Source: Candidatus Lloydbacteria bacterium RIFCSPHIGHO2_02_FULL_50_18 (GTDB taxonomy: Bacteria > Patescibacteriota > Minisyncoccia > Phycocordibacterales > UBA6899). Taken from it: 64,000 bases of DNA. Positions 48,332 to 58,389 of the stretch are shown here, piece by piece; the stretch's first letter is position 1; each line of letters opens with the position of its first letter. Where the stretch lies: assembly GCA_001821395.1 (NCBI GenBank), contig MHLM01000001.1:128001-192000 (forward strand), given 5' to 3'. The notes beneath the pieces are model-generated. The model was given only the letters and a program-made list of their open reading frames with translations. It did no database searches and was not told the origin of the DNA. The position numbers and the translations under genes were made by a program.

Positions 48332-48688
48332 CTAAATAGGAACAGTTGTTTGAATAGTAGGCGCGGTACCCAGTCCGCCGAGCGGTGCAAGTCCCAATTC
48401 TGTTTGGATGAATCCGATGATCGACCAGAGCGCTACAATCACAAAAATACCCACCATGCCCCATACGAGAAACATCCTCCCCTCCTGCACCGCCTTCTCA
48501 TCATCGGCATGCCAAATGAATTTTACGACACCCCAAAAAAATACCGCAACCGCACAACCCAACAGTACGGGCATGATGGTCTGCATGAGATTAATGAGAT
48601 CATCCATGATGGTGATCACCGACGTCTGAGCAAGTGCAAATGTTGGTAAGAAAAAAAACGTACCGAGAATAAAAGATCGTTTAGACAT
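48332..48688 (-). CDS. VirB2/TrbC-like (T4SS-pilin-like) small membrane protein, paralog 1 of 8
   Basis: Signal peptide ending AQT, then two TM helices joined by a charged loop (AVAVFFWGVVKFIWHADDEKAVQEGRMFLVWGMVGIFVIVALW) and a short Gly/Thr-rich C-tail. Confidence 0.5.
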   Translation of the reverse strand: MSKRSFILGTFFFLPTFALAQTSVITIMDDLINLMQTIMPVLLGCAVAVFFWGVVKFIWHADDEKAVQEGRMFLVWGMVGIFVIVALWSIIGFIQTELGLAPLGGLGTAPTIQTTVPI

Positions 48689-49001
48689 AATTCATCAGCG
48701 TCATATCGCCGCCTATTGAGCTAATAAGGAATCGCATGATACCAAACACGGCAACCATGATGAACATGCCAATGATACCCCATATCATACCGAGACGCCC
48801 CTTATCGCGCATCTCCGCATTATCCGGATTCCAGATATACGCGACCACTCCGTAGATAAAATAGACGGTCGCGAGTGCAAAGAGCAAAGCGATGATAGGA
48901 TTCAAAATATACGTCGAGATGTTGCCGACGAAAGTGAGCACCGATGCGGGAATCGGGGGCGCAGCTGCTTCTGCTACGCTTGGAAAAAAAATGTTTAACA
49001 T
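48681..49001 (-). CDS. VirB2/TrbC-like small membrane protein, paralog 2 (start MLNIFFPSV at 49001)
   Basis: Same architecture: LFALATVYFIYGVVAYIWNPDNAEMRDKGRLGMIWGIIGMFIMVAVFG. Overlaps paralog 1 by 8 nt. Confidence 0.5.
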   Translation of the reverse strand: MLNIFFPSVAEAAAPPIPASVLTFVGNISTYILNPIIALLFALATVYFIYGVVAYIWNPDNAEMRDKGRLGMIWGIIGMFIMVAVFGIMRFLISSIGGDMTLMNYV

Positions 49002-49104
49002 GAATAAATTATAGCATCTCAATAAAAATTGACTATCCGAATGAGCAAACAAAAACCCCCGAGAACATTCTCGGGGGGTTTTTGTAATCCTATTTTTATC
49101 AGGA

Positions 49105-49461
49105 CTAGACTCCAGGAACAGCAAATGCTGGTGGTGTTGACGTGGTTATTGTCCCAGTCAATCCAAGCTGAGTCTGAGCCCAACCAAGAATACCCCAGAG
49201 AGCGACCATGACAAAGATCGCAACCATACCCCAGATCATAAGCGTCTTACCCTGCTCCTTTGCGGCTTCATCGCTTGCATTAGCGATATATTTGACCAAG
49301 CCCCAAAAGAACGCAACGACCGCAAGACCCATGAGTAATGGGATCAAAAGCGAGATAATACCCTGAACGCTGTTTACGAGATCGGCGATACCGGTGAGCA
49401 CGGTTGCTGCAGAAGCAACTGCGGGACCCACAAGCATCATTCCGATGATAAATTTCTTCAT
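49105..49461 (-). CDS. VirB2/TrbC-like small membrane protein, paralog 3 (start MKKFIIGMML)
   Basis: Signal peptide AVASAAT, then LAVVAFFWGLVKYIANASDEAAKEQGKTLMIWGMVAIFVMVALWG. Confidence 0.5.
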   Translation of the reverse strand: MKKFIIGMMLVGPAVASAATVLTGIADLVNSVQGIISLLIPLLMGLAVVAFFWGLVKYIANASDEAAKEQGKTLMIWGMVAIFVMVALWGILGWAQTQLGLTGTITTSTPPAFAVPGV

Positions 49462-49635
49462 AGATTTGATAATAATTAATAAATACACCGCCAAAACTAT
49501 AACTTAATGCTATCGCACAAACCGATGTCAAGCAATAGAAAAAAAAGATACCTGTGGATTACTGTTTCCGTTACCCGGAATCACAAAAATCGACCTCTTC
49601 ACATGCCTGATGATCATATTTTTGTACGATAAGAG

Positions 49636-49998
49636 CTAATGGATGCCGCCAGTCGAATCCACATAATCCGGTGCGCCTCCCGGCATAATCCCAAATGTAT
49701 CAACAAGAAGAATTCGCACTATTCCCCATACGGAGAAGAGCACGACGAACGCGATAATCCCCCAAATGATGAATTGCTTTCCTTTTTCACGTTCAACGGG
49801 ATCGTTCGCATTACCGATAAATTTTACGACGCCCCAGAAAAAGAACATGATGGCAGCGATCCAGAAAAATTGTCCGGCCTTCACCAAAATATTGTAGACA
49901 AGCACCTCGAGGTCAAAGACGTCCGTGACTTGCGCGAAAACAAGGGATGGAGTGCCAAGAAGCGTCGCAATACCGAACTGTTTGTTTATTGTTCTCAT
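49636..49998 (-). CDS. VirB2/TrbC-like small membrane protein, paralog 4
   Basis: Signal peptide VFAQVT, then FWIAAIMFFFWGVVKFIGNANDPVEREKGKQFIIWGIIAFVVLFSVWG. Confidence 0.5.
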   Translation of the reverse strand: MRTINKQFGIATLLGTPSLVFAQVTDVFDLEVLVYNILVKAGQFFWIAAIMFFFWGVVKFIGNANDPVEREKGKQFIIWGIIAFVVLFSVWGIVRILLVDTFGIMPGGAPDYVDSTGGIH

Positions 49999-50013
49999 GA
50001 AAATAAAAAATAA

Positions 50014-50358
50014 TTATGAGGGCGTACTCAAAAAAGGAATACCGAACGAACCTCCAAAGAGTGTTGAATTCAAGATACCGATGAGTCCCCACATCCCAAG
50101 CACAACCGCGATACCGATGATGGCCCACAGCAGATAGGGCTTGATCTCTTCGCGCCTTTTCTCATTATCTGAATTCATCATATAGAGCGCGATACCATAT
50201 ACGAGTCCGGCGATAAGCGCGGCAAAGAAAATGGAGATAATGTTCTTTAAGACTCCCAAGAGCAACTCGACGAAACTCTTGAAGTCCGTCGGCGTAGTAG
50301 CGGCAAAAGTAATAAGGGGGGAACAGAAGACTAGCGTCGCAAAGATGAATTTTTTCAT
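50014..50358 (-). CDS. VirB2/TrbC-like small membrane protein, paralog 5 (start MKKFIFATL)
   Basis: Signal peptide ITFAATT, then FFAALIAGLVYGIALYMMNSDNEKRREEIKPYLLWAIIGIAVVLGMWG. Confidence 0.5.
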   Translation of the reverse strand: MKKFIFATLVFCSPLITFAATTPTDFKSFVELLLGVLKNIISIFFAALIAGLVYGIALYMMNSDNEKRREEIKPYLLWAIIGIAVVLGMWGLIGILNSTLFGGSFGIPFLSTPS

Positions 50359-50365
50359 ATACATA

Positions 50366-50704
50366 TTAAAATAATATCGCCGTACCATATACCATGTCTG
50401 CGATGACTTTTGCACCAAGGATAATGAGCCCGCCAACGAGTGTCCACGTGAGCCAGATCTTCGCCTTCGTCACCTGCGCTTCATCCCCCCCCGCGGTGAC
50501 GAACTGAAAACCAGCATAAATAATACAGCACGCGAGCGCGGGTATGCCGACCAGCTGCATGATCTCGATCAGCCAATAGATAAAATCCTGAAGCGTAAGA
50601 ATTGAGGGAGCCGGATTTGATAGCAGTGTCCATGATGCAGCAAGTGAAATTCTTGGTTGCGAGAGGGTGAGTGTGGCGAAAGATACTAAGGCTGTTTTTT
50701 TCAT
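50366..50704 (-). CDS. VirB2/TrbC-like small membrane protein, paralog 6
   Basis: Signal peptide ISLAASW, then GIPALACCIIYAGFQFVTAGGDEAQVTKAKIWLTWTLVGGLIILGAKV. Confidence 0.5.
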   Translation of the reverse strand: MKKTALVSFATLTLSQPRISLAASWTLLSNPAPSILTLQDFIYWLIEIMQLVGIPALACCIIYAGFQFVTAGGDEAQVTKAKIWLTWTLVGGLIILGAKVIADMVYGTAILF

Positions 50705-50723
50705 AAAGGTATTGGGATTCAGA

Positions 50724-51083
50724 TCACAATGAGCTAATAGTCGCCTGTATCGCTGCGGCGATCACTTTCGCACCGAGCAGCACGAGTGCCCCCAACAGTG
50801 TCCACTTGAAGGTGGTACGAGCCTTCGCAATCTGCGCCTCATTGTCCCCCGCGGTCACAAAGAGAAATCCGCCATAAATGATGAACATCACAATAATGGG
50901 CACTCCGATAAGAAAAACGAGGTCGACGATAGCGAGCAGGAGATCGGGAATAGAGGTAATCCCACCGTAAGTGATCGGGTTTACATAGCTTGACGAAGCA
51001 GCAGACGCCGTATGCGTACCCATTAAAAGTCCGAGCGTTGTCAGGTTTAATGGTTTTGTTATGTAGTGTTGCATAAGTATCAT
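50724..51083 (-). CDS. VirB2/TrbC-like small membrane protein, paralog 7
   Basis: Signal peptide HTASAASS, then GVPIIVMFIIYGGFLFVTAGDNEAQIAKARTTFKWTLLGALVLLGAKV. Closest relative of paralog 6. Confidence 0.5.
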   Translation of the reverse strand: MILMQHYITKPLNLTTLGLLMGTHTASAASSSYVNPITYGGITSIPDLLLAIVDLVFLIGVPIIVMFIIYGGFLFVTAGDNEAQIAKARTTFKWTLLGALVLLGAKVIAAAIQATISSL

Positions 51084-51087
51084 GAAT

Positions 51088-51561
51088 TTATGGCCCCAAG
51101 AAATTAAATGACGATCCGGTACCAAGGAAGAATTCGAGGATGAAATTAACAGTCACCCACGCCGCAAGTGCGATAATGAGTCCCCAGAACACATTCAAGA
51201 AAACGTCGTGCGCCTGTTTGACTTGGCCTTCATTGCCACGATTGGTCACGTAGAGAAAACCGGCATAGGCGAACATGACCGCACCCAATGGTGCTGCGAT
51301 CTTGAAAATGAGGAAATTGATCACATTCTGCGCAGTCTCGATCACGTCGTTAAAATAACATTCCTCATGATTACCCGGGGTGGTAGCATTTGATGCCCAG
51401 ACCAAGGGGCTCGGATCTTTGACCGCACCGTCTCCATTAATGTCAAATCCGCAAGGAATGATCGTTGACGGTGAAGCTGCGAATACAGAGAATGGGGTCA
51501 CGAGTATCAAAACACCGAGGAATATCGCAGAAACAAATCGATGAGTGACACTGTTGTGCAT
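51088..51561 (-). CDS. VirB2/TrbC-like small membrane protein, paralog 8, with extra Cys-containing N-terminal module
   Basis: Signal peptide SVFAASP, extra segment CGFDINGDGAVKD..NHEECYF, then AAPLGAVMFAYAGFLYVTNRGNEGQVKQAHDVFLNVFWGLIIALAAW. Confidence 0.5.
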   Translation of the reverse strand: MHNSVTHRFVSAIFLGVLILVTPFSVFAASPSTIIPCGFDINGDGAVKDPSPLVWASNATTPGNHEECYFNDVIETAQNVINFLIFKIAAPLGAVMFAYAGFLYVTNRGNEGQVKQAHDVFLNVFWGLIIALAAWVTVNFILEFFLGTGSSFNFLGP

Positions 51562-51576
51562 AGCAATAAGTGAAGT

Positions 51577-52896
51577 TTAGTAGCGAGACAAAGCAACGTC
51601 AAGTTCCGTGTTCAATTTTGCAACAGCCGTAGCGGTGTCATTCCTCCCTGACGAGACTGATTCGACCATCGCTTGGAATGCTTTGTCGGAAATTTCCGGC
51701 TTTGGATCAAGCCAGGTACGTGCACGAATGGCCGCTTCGAAAAATACCGCCATCGCCGCATCGGTCGGAGGAACCGCGAGCAGGTCTCTTCGAACGGGGG
51801 GCAGATTGTACGCCGCAGCAAAGTCTTTTGCGGGATTCGCATCAAAGAGCAGTTTCTGCATAGCAACAAAGGCGGTGCTTTTATTTTTGGAGGTCTTCAG
51901 CACAGCGAGACCATGCACCTTTGCAAATGTTACCTCAGCCGTCGTTCCTCGCGGTTCCGGAACCTGTGCGACCGCAAAATTCAGGTGTGGATTTTTTGCC
52001 TTGATCTCGCTATATGCACTCGCGTAATCGAAATATACCGCGAGATTTCCGTTGATGAATTCATTGCGCGAATCACTGCGCGCACGACTCCATGTAAAAA
52101 TATTTTTGAGCGGATTCGAAAAATCCATAAAGAAACGGAGGGCAGAAACAACATCCTGATCGGCAACAAATTGACCGGCATCGGATTTTGCAACCATGCT
52201 CTTGGGTGTTTTCCCATTCATCTTGACGATAGGGTTACCCACCTGAAGAAAGAGCATCGCAAGAATGTCTTTCGCATGGGTCACATTGACATACTCCCCA
52301 AATGAAATTGCGCTCTGAACAAGTTCGGAGGTACGTACGTCGCGTTTTGTGAATTTGGGGGTAAGCGTCAAGAACTCATCCCAGAACTTGGGCACTTCGG
52401 TAACCGATGCATTGGTAAAAATATCTCTGTTCCAATACATGACCATCGGGTCGATCGCAAACGGGAGCGCGACCAGCCCCTCATCGCGCATATATATCTC
52501 CGATGCCTGAATGAAGCTCGATGAAAAAAGACCCGGTGAAACAGCAGTGTACGGTACCAGCTCGATCTTATCGAAATGGCGCAGAATGAGATCATCGGGC
52601 AAAAGCAGAACATCGGGGCCCGTTCCGCTTGCGAGCGCCTCAACGATATCACTATCGAAATTTTTCGGATCATGAAATTGATACGAAATACTAAAATTCT
52701 TTTTATATATATCGTTAAATTTCTTGATCGTCTCCGAAAGACCCGCGGTGTCCTGAAAAGTACCCCATATGACGACGTTCCCCTGAGCCCCAGGAACGGT
52801 CGTGTCACCCTTTTTAGGATCCGACGTTGCAAACACAAGAAGACCGACAACGGCCATTATTCCAAAAAAAGTAAGAAGAATCGTCTGAAATTTCAT
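51577..52896 (-). CDS. extracellular solute-binding protein (ABC transporter substrate-binding, cluster 1 / sugar-type)
   Basis: N-terminal TM/signal, then GNVVIWGTFQDT, with two-lobe SBP fold segments throughout. 439 aa. Confidence 0.5.
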   Translation of the reverse strand: MKFQTILLTFFGIMAVVGLLVFATSDPKKGDTTVPGAQGNVVIWGTFQDTAGLSETIKKFNDIYKKNFSISYQFHDPKNFDSDIVEALASGTGPDVLLLPDDLILRHFDKIELVPYTAVSPGLFSSSFIQASEIYMRDEGLVALPFAIDPMVMYWNRDIFTNASVTEVPKFWDEFLTLTPKFTKRDVRTSELVQSAISFGEYVNVTHAKDILAMLFLQVGNPIVKMNGKTPKSMVAKSDAGQFVADQDVVSALRFFMDFSNPLKNIFTWSRARSDSRNEFINGNLAVYFDYASAYSEIKAKNPHLNFAVAQVPEPRGTTAEVTFAKVHGLAVLKTSKNKSTAFVAMQKLLFDANPAKDFAAAYNLPPVRRDLLAVPPTDAAMAVFFEAAIRARTWLDPKPEISDKAFQAMVESVSSGRNDTATAVAKLNTELDVALSRY

Positions 52897-52911
52897 AGGT
52901 ACAACGTAGCG

Positions 52912-53472
52912 CTATGCCCGCATCTCCGTACTATTCACCTGATAAAGACCTTTCCGAAATATAAGACCATAATGAAAATTTCCCGCATTGACTGTTTTTT
53001 CAAAGGTGAAATTCAGCGATTCAACGAGCTTTCGCGCTTCTGTTTCAGGAAACACTTGTTCGGTCGTCGGTCCCATATTATTGAAAGACGCCGTCCAGTC
53101 GATCAGCATGAGTCTTCCACCCTGCTTGAGTACTCGGCGTGCCTCATCCAGAACGTTTTTTTTATCGGATGCCTGAAAGAGCACGTTCGAAACAACGACG
53201 ACATCGCATACCCCATCGCTCAATTTCGTCCCGCCCAAAAGTTCGACATCTCCCCAGAGAAATGAAACATTGCCGATGTGCTTTTCTTTACAGGTATTTT
53301 CGAGGCGCGTAAGCAAGTCCTTTTGCACCTCGATCGCGTACACCTTCCCTGTTCCGTGCATGGCTTCTGCCGCAGCGATTGTATATGCACCCGACCCCGC
53401 GCCAAAATCTGCAACCACCAAATTATCGGCTAACCCTAATTGTTCGATATTCTTCTCCGGTGCTGAAAACAT
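52912..53472 (-). CDS. class I SAM-dependent methyltransferase
   Basis: Motif I VVADFGAGSGAYT, motif II VYAIEV, post-I acidic residue, and motif IV region DVVVVSNVL. Confidence 0.65.
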   Translation of the reverse strand: MFSAPEKNIEQLGLADNLVVADFGAGSGAYTIAAAEAMHGTGKVYAIEVQKDLLTRLENTCKEKHIGNVSFLWGDVELLGGTKLSDGVCDVVVVSNVLFQASDKKNVLDEARRVLKQGGRLMLIDWTASFNNMGPTTEQVFPETEARKLVESLNFTFEKTVNAGNFHYGLIFRKGLYQVNSTEMRA

Positions 53473-53561
53473 TCGTCAATTATAGCATTTTCTGAAGATA
53501 TACGGGAAGCGCACAATCCCCACCTACATTGCTCCTGCTCTTTGGGGGCGTAGAACTTACC

Positions 53562-53816
53562 CTATCGATAGATATCATGAGTACCCACATCAAGATAATA
53601 GATGGCATCCTTTTCTTTTTTAATGATCACCCGATAGGTAAAGTTTGCGGAAAAGGCATACCAAGATCTGAATTTTCCATGAAGTTTGTGAAACTTCAAA
53701 GATTCAGCGTCTTTTTCTTTCTCAAATAAAGATACCGCGCGAAAGACGTCATTTTGCACTTCCTCGTCGCATTTTTTGAGTGAGCGAAGGAAGCGTGCCG
53801 TATAGAGATACAGCAT
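53562..53816 (-). CDS. parE: type II toxin, RelE/ParE superfamily
   Basis: 84 aa; KFHKLHGKFRSWYAFSANFTYRVIIKKEKDAIYYLDVGTHDIY is the canonical RelE/ParE C-terminal core. Lies immediately downstream of the antitoxin with a 1-nt gap. Confidence 0.7.
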   Translation of the reverse strand: MLYLYTARFLRSLKKCDEEVQNDVFRAVSLFEKEKDAESLKFHKLHGKFRSWYAFSANFTYRVIIKKEKDAIYYLDVGTHDIYR

Positions 53817-53817
53817 A

Positions 53818-54036
53818 TTAGAATTTCTTAAATAATTTCTTCAGGTCTCCTCTATACACGCGTCCGGCCTTAATGTCCGCCTCTGCTTCGTTGAGACGGC
53901 TCAGTGCGCGCTCCTCCTGCAATCGCCCAAGCGCAAAACGCACGAGATGTGCTTTCGACTCACTCGTCCCCGCTCGTAACTCTTCTTCAATGAACGACTC
54001 CAGCTCTTTGGTGATCGGTACGGTAATTGTTGACAT
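53818..54036 (-). CDS. parD: type II antitoxin, ParD/CopG ribbon-helix-helix family
   Basis: 72 aa; N-terminal beta strand plus two helices, VPITKELESFIEEELRAGTSESKAHLVRFALGRLQEE, typical of RHH antitoxins. Confidence 0.65.
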   Translation of the reverse strand: MSTITVPITKELESFIEEELRAGTSESKAHLVRFALGRLQEERALSRLNEAEADIKAGRVYRGDLKKLFKKF

Positions 54037-54048
54037 GTACTATATCCT

Positions 54049-54067
54049 AGTACTATCTGATAGTACT
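54049..54067. promoter_or_regulatory. perfect 19-bp palindrome (agtactatc-a-gatagtact) in the spacer of the parDE promoter (TTGACA / TAGGAT on the minus strand); putative autoregulatory operator
   Basis: The palindrome sits between minus-strand -35 (54072-54067) and -10 (54049-54044) elements, directly upstream of the antitoxin start at 54036. Confidence 0.5.
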
Positions 54068-54296
54068 GTCAATATCACCTTAACTTTACTTTCATTCTTC
54101 ACCAAACATGAATGAAGCGATCTGTGCGAGGAATTGGAGAATCTTTATATCGGCCAAATTATCTCAAGCTTGCAGATAGAGATGCAGTGCGAGGCAAAAC
54201 AGAAATACGCAAGCAAGCCTTACTCAGAGTAAGGTGCAGCGCATATTTTTGTTTTAACAAAGCAATGCGCTCTATGTGCAAGCTTTTCTCTCCTGC

Positions 54297-56774
54297 TTAC
54301 AGGGTTATTAGGGAAGCGATGGAATCGCCTTCCCGCAGCTTCATGATCCGTACCCCCTGTGTCTGACGACCAAGGATCGGCACTTCTTTCAGTGTCACAC
54401 GAATGACCTGGCTATTCTTTGAGATCGCAACAATCTCCCCATCGCGATCGGCGACCACAAGTCCCGTCATAATTTTTCCCGTCTTTGGTGTCACTTTTGC
54501 AGTTTTGATCCCTGACCCGCCGCGTTTCTGCACTTTATACTCTGAGAGTTTACTCATTTTACCGTAACCCTTTTCTGAGAGCACGACAAGAAGCGGATCG
54601 GCATCGGTTTTCTTGATGACATCGGCGGTCACGATCTTATCTTTGCCCTTCAGGTTCATACCGCGCACCCCTCCGGCGCTCCTTCCCATTTCGCGCACGT
54701 CAGAGTGCTTAAAACGGATAGACTGACCCTCTTGCGAAACAAGGGAGATATCATCGCCCGTTTCAACAAAACGTGCGGTGAGGAGCTGGTCGTTCGGCTG
54801 AAGCTTGATCGCAATGAGTCCGCTGCGGCGCACATCGCGGAAACCGTCTGCGGCGACCTTTTTGACCACTCCGCACTCGGTCACCATAACTAAGGAGAGT
54901 TTTTCTGCTGTCTTCATCTCCTTCGGCATCGCGAGCATCGAGGTCACCGACTCGTCTCCTCCGAGCGACAGATAATTCATGATGGATTTCCCCTTTGTTG
55001 CCCGCCGCCCCTCCGGAAGCTCATAGGCTTTTATCTGGTACGCTTTACCCTTGTCCGTAAAAAACAGGATGTCGGCGTGCGTTGATGTCGTCAAGAACAT
55101 CTTCACGAAATCTTCTTCTTTCGTATCGAGATCCATCACGCCCACTCCGCCGCGTTTCTGCGTATGATATTCCACGGGATCGGTACGCTTAATGTATCCG
55201 CCATCAGAAAAAACAAGTACGGTTTCCTTCTCCGGAATGGTGTCCTCGATGGAGATCGTCTGCACTCCGCCTTTCATGATCTTTGTACGACGCTCATCTC
55301 CATACTTCTCTTTCATTTCTATCATCTCCGCCTTGATGACGCCCATCATCTTCTTCATACTTGCGAGGATCGACTCAAGCTCTTTGATGATCTCACTAAG
55401 TGCCTTCAGTTCATCATCGATCTTCTTGCGCTCAAGGCCTGCAAGTTTTGCAAGTTTCATTTCAAGAATTGCGGCAGCTTGCTTATCAGAGAACTTGAAT
55501 TCCTTCATCAGATTTGCATGAGCGGTCGGAGTATCTTTTGAGGCCTTGATGAGTTTGATAATCGCATCAATATGGTCGAGTGCCTTTTTAAGCCCAAGTA
55601 AAATGTGCTCGCGGTCTTTTGCTTTTGCAAGATCAAACTCTGTGCGTCGCTTCACTACCGCTTTGCGATGTTTGATGAAGACCTCGAGAATACTCTTGAT
55701 CGAAAGTGTCTGGGGGACTCCGTCAACAAGCCCGACCATATTGTAGTGGAACGTTGTTTCGATCTCGGTATGTTTGTAGAGATAGTTCAAGACTTTCTGC
55801 GGAGGTACGCCCTGCTTCAAATATACGGCAATACGAATATCGCCCTTTGCGGACTCATCACGAAGATCTTTGATGCCTTCAAGTTTTTTCTCACGCACAA
55901 GGTCGGCGATCTTCTCGAGAAGCATCGCCTTGTTCACGCGGTACGGTAAGCTCGTGATAATGATTTCTGTTTGCCCTGCCTTCTGCTCCACGATCTCCGC
56001 CTCACCGCGGCAAACGACTCCCCCGCGCCCTGTTGCATATGCATGACGGATATCTAACTTATTGTAGGCAACTCCACCGGTCGGAAAATCCGGACCTTTG
56101 ATGAATTCGAGCAGATCCTCTCCCGTTGCCTCTGGGTTATCGATGAGATGAGTCAATGCATCAACGACTTCACCGAGATTGTGCGGAGGGATAGAGGTCG
56201 CCATACCAACCGCAATACCCAGCGTACCGTTCAAAAGAAGATTCGGGACAACCGACGGCAATACCGAAGGTTCTTTTTTTGAACCGTCATAGTTCGGACG
56301 GAAGTCAACGGTATCCTTATCGAGGTCACGAAGTACCTCCCCCGCAATACGCGACATCTTTGCTTCCGTATAACGATATGCAGCAGCGGAGTCTCCATCG
56401 ATCGAGCCAAAGTTCCCTTGACCCAAGACCAGAGGGTAGCGCATCGAGAAAAGCTGGGCCATCTTGACCATCGCATCATAGACAGATGAGTCTCCGTGGG
56501 GATGGTACGATCCGAGCACCGCACCAACCACCGTCGCTGATTTTTTGAATCGCGCAGAGGAGGAAAGCCCCATTTCATGCATCGCATAGAGGATGCGACG
56601 ATGGACGGGCTTCAGTCCATCACGCACATCGGGAAGTGCGCGGTCCACAATAACAGACATCGCGTAATCAATGAATGACTCTCGCATCTCTGTGACGATG
56701 TTGACCGGCAATACTCCAACCGTACCGATCTCCGGAGTTGGGCTTTCTTCTTTTTTTTCTACTGCTTTGCTCAT
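54297..56774 (-). CDS. gyrA: DNA gyrase subunit A
   Basis: Active-site region [14 protein letters not shown] and AAMRYTEAKM with catalytic Tyr. C-terminal beta-pinwheel repeats with GyrA-box-like QKRGGVG. Confidence 0.85.
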   Translation of the reverse strand: MSKAVEKKEESPTPEIGTVGVLPVNIVTEMRESFIDYAMSVIVDRALPDVRDGLKPVHRRILYAMHEMGLSSSARFKKSATVVGAVLGSYHPHGDSSVYDAMVKMAQLFSMRYPLVLGQGNFGSIDGDSAAAYRYTEAKMSRIAGEVLRDLDKDTVDFRPNYDGSKKEPSVLPSVVPNLLLNGTLGIAVGMATSIPPHNLGEVVDALTHLIDNPEATGEDLLEFIKGPDFPTGGVAYNKLDIRHAYATGRGGVVCRGEAEIVEQKAGQTEIIITSLPYRVNKAMLLEKIADLVREKKLEGIKDLRDESAKGDIRIAVYLKQGVPPQKVLNYLYKHTEIETTFHYNMVGLVDGVPQTLSIKSILEVFIKHRKAVVKRRTEFDLAKAKDREHILLGLKKALDHIDAIIKLIKASKDTPTAHANLMKEFKFSDKQAAAILEMKLAKLAGLERKKIDDELKALSEIIKELESILASMKKMMGVIKAEMIEMKEKYGDERRTKIMKGGVQTISIEDTIPEKETVLVFSDGGYIKRTDPVEYHTQKRGGVGVMDLDTKEEDFVKMFLTTSTHADILFFTDKGKAYQIKAYELPEGRRATKGKSIMNYLSLGGDESVTSMLAMPKEMKTAEKLSLVMVTECGVVKKVAADGFRDVRRSGLIAIKLQPNDQLLTARFVETGDDISLVSQEGQSIRFKHSDVREMGRSAGGVRGMNLKGKDKIVTADVIKKTDADPLLVVLSEKGYGKMSKLSEYKVQKRGGSGIKTAKVTPKTGKIMTGLVVADRDGEIVAISKNSQVIRVTLKEVPILGRQTQGVRIMKLREGDSIASLITL

Positions 56775-56789
56775 AATGATGAAATAATT

Positions 56790-57134
56790 TTATGGGTTGG
56801 TATTCAATGATCCTATATCAATGGCGCTCGTTGTTGCTACGTCACTTGCTCCAACGCTCGCCACAAGCTGGTTTTGTTCAGCGGCATATTGCAACTGCCC
56901 GGTAGTTTCGCTCCATTGCGAAAGTGCGCTGTTTTTCATGTCAGCAAATATGTTGCCAACTACTTCCGTCGGCGATACTTCCTGCACGCTCTTGTCGGAT
57001 GCTCTTACCTCAGAGTTCCGCCCCTCCCACCAGACTGAAACGATCAGCACCGACAGAAGCACCGTCGTTACCACAGCAATCTGCTGGCGAACATGACGGG
57101 GTTTTGCTTTTAATGTATCTAAATAATCAAGCAT
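56790..57134 (-). CDS. hypothetical membrane-anchored protein
   Basis: Single TM (IAVVTTVLLSVLIVSVWW) with an extracytoplasmic tail. No recognisable domain. Confidence 0.35.
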   Translation of the reverse strand: MLDYLDTLKAKPRHVRQQIAVVTTVLLSVLIVSVWWEGRNSEVRASDKSVQEVSPTEVVGNIFADMKNSALSQWSETTGQLQYAAEQNQLVASVGASDVATTSAIDIGSLNTNP

Positions 57135-57142
57135 AAATATAG

Positions 57143-57811
57143 TTACGCATGGAGAAGCGGTTCAAGGACGATAACGTCCCCTTCCTTTCCTTCAAGGTCT
57201 TTCTTTTTCAATATCAATTTTTCTATTTGTACGACATCTTCCGCTCCTGCTTCTTTCAAAAATGCTTTCAGTTGCTTGTCGTTCTTATCTTCAAAATCAA
57301 CGGGAATGATAAGCTTGGCGTCGAGCATGACCGCGATCTTGCCGGCATCAGAAGGGGTCAACACATCACCTCCCGATATCGGAACAACGAGAATATCAAC
57401 TTCCCCGATACCCTCGATGGTCTCAGGCGATAGCTCTGTCCCCGCAAGCGCTCCAAGGATGCAGATCCGGATGCCTTCGAGCTCTACTGTATATATAGTA
57501 TTCAACAGACCGGCCTCTCCGACGGATTTCGGTGATAAAAAACCGGAGACGGCGACTCCGCCTATCTCATACTCCCCCGGACCGGACACAACGAACGGCA
57601 CCTTGTCGCCATGCGAAAGGTTTTCTACTCCGTTCAATTCCGGGTGATTCATCGATACCAAACCGATGCGTGCAGCAAAACGGATCGGCTTCATGCGCGA
57701 CTGTTTTCCAAAAGGATTCGCAGCAATAACAGTATCTCCTTGAGCGATCTTTATGAACTGGCCTCCATGGTACGTGATTATCATGCGGTTGAGTATAACA
57801 ATTTCATTCAA
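57143..57811 (-). CDS. MBL-fold metallo-hydrolase (UlaG-like); the start at MIITYHGG (about 57784) is possible
   Basis: ITYHGGQFIKI..., HGDKV, and Asp/His-containing beta-lactamase-fold segments. Confidence 0.55.
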   Translation of the reverse strand: MNEIVILNRMIITYHGGQFIKIAQGDTVIAANPFGKQSRMKPIRFAARIGLVSMNHPELNGVENLSHGDKVPFVVSGPGEYEIGGVAVSGFLSPKSVGEAGLLNTIYTVELEGIRICILGALAGTELSPETIEGIGEVDILVVPISGGDVLTPSDAGKIAVMLDAKLIIPVDFEDKNDKQLKAFLKEAGAEDVVQIEKLILKKKDLEGKEGDVIVLEPLLHA

Positions 57812-58389
57812 AAAGGGAAAGACAAAAACAGTTGAAAAATAGCGACATATTGTGTGTAATGCACTAGTCTAATGGGTATTGACATTATACACATATAATG
57901 CTATTACTCTAGAAGAGGTGATTGGAATTCCCACAAGGGTTGCTGGCAAAAGAAGGACGAGCATGATGCTCATCTGTGCCGTGCAAACCATCGACTGCCG
58001 CGTATGACGCGCCCCGTCCCCGACAACATGTAGGGATGCGGCCAAAGACTGCGGCGCGCGGGTTCATATCCGTCACCATTTCGTCGCCGTCGGGCGACAG
58101 CACGGACCAAGGGAGTTGCCTTCCCCTGGTCCACAACAATGAAAGGGGCAGGATGCACCACATTCGCGATCCCACCTGATCTTTCCCACCTCCCCCAAAC
58201 CGCTCGCGAACCCCATTCAATTGGTAACGCATATGAGCTTCAAAAAAAGCTGATCATCAATCAGCACTGCGCCGAGTCGACTGCATGGAAAGAGATGAGC
58301 CCCGAAAGGATAGTAAAGAGAAACGCTTCGTAAAAAGCAGATCTCCTGGCCGAGCTCCACACCAAGTGCAAAGATTCACAGCAGACAGG

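Noticed and set aside
57909-58232. 107-aa minus-strand ORF in the GC-rich region
   Set aside because: The translation is W/C/R/G-rich with no hydrophobic core pattern. The frame is open because of GC richness. Treated as non-coding.
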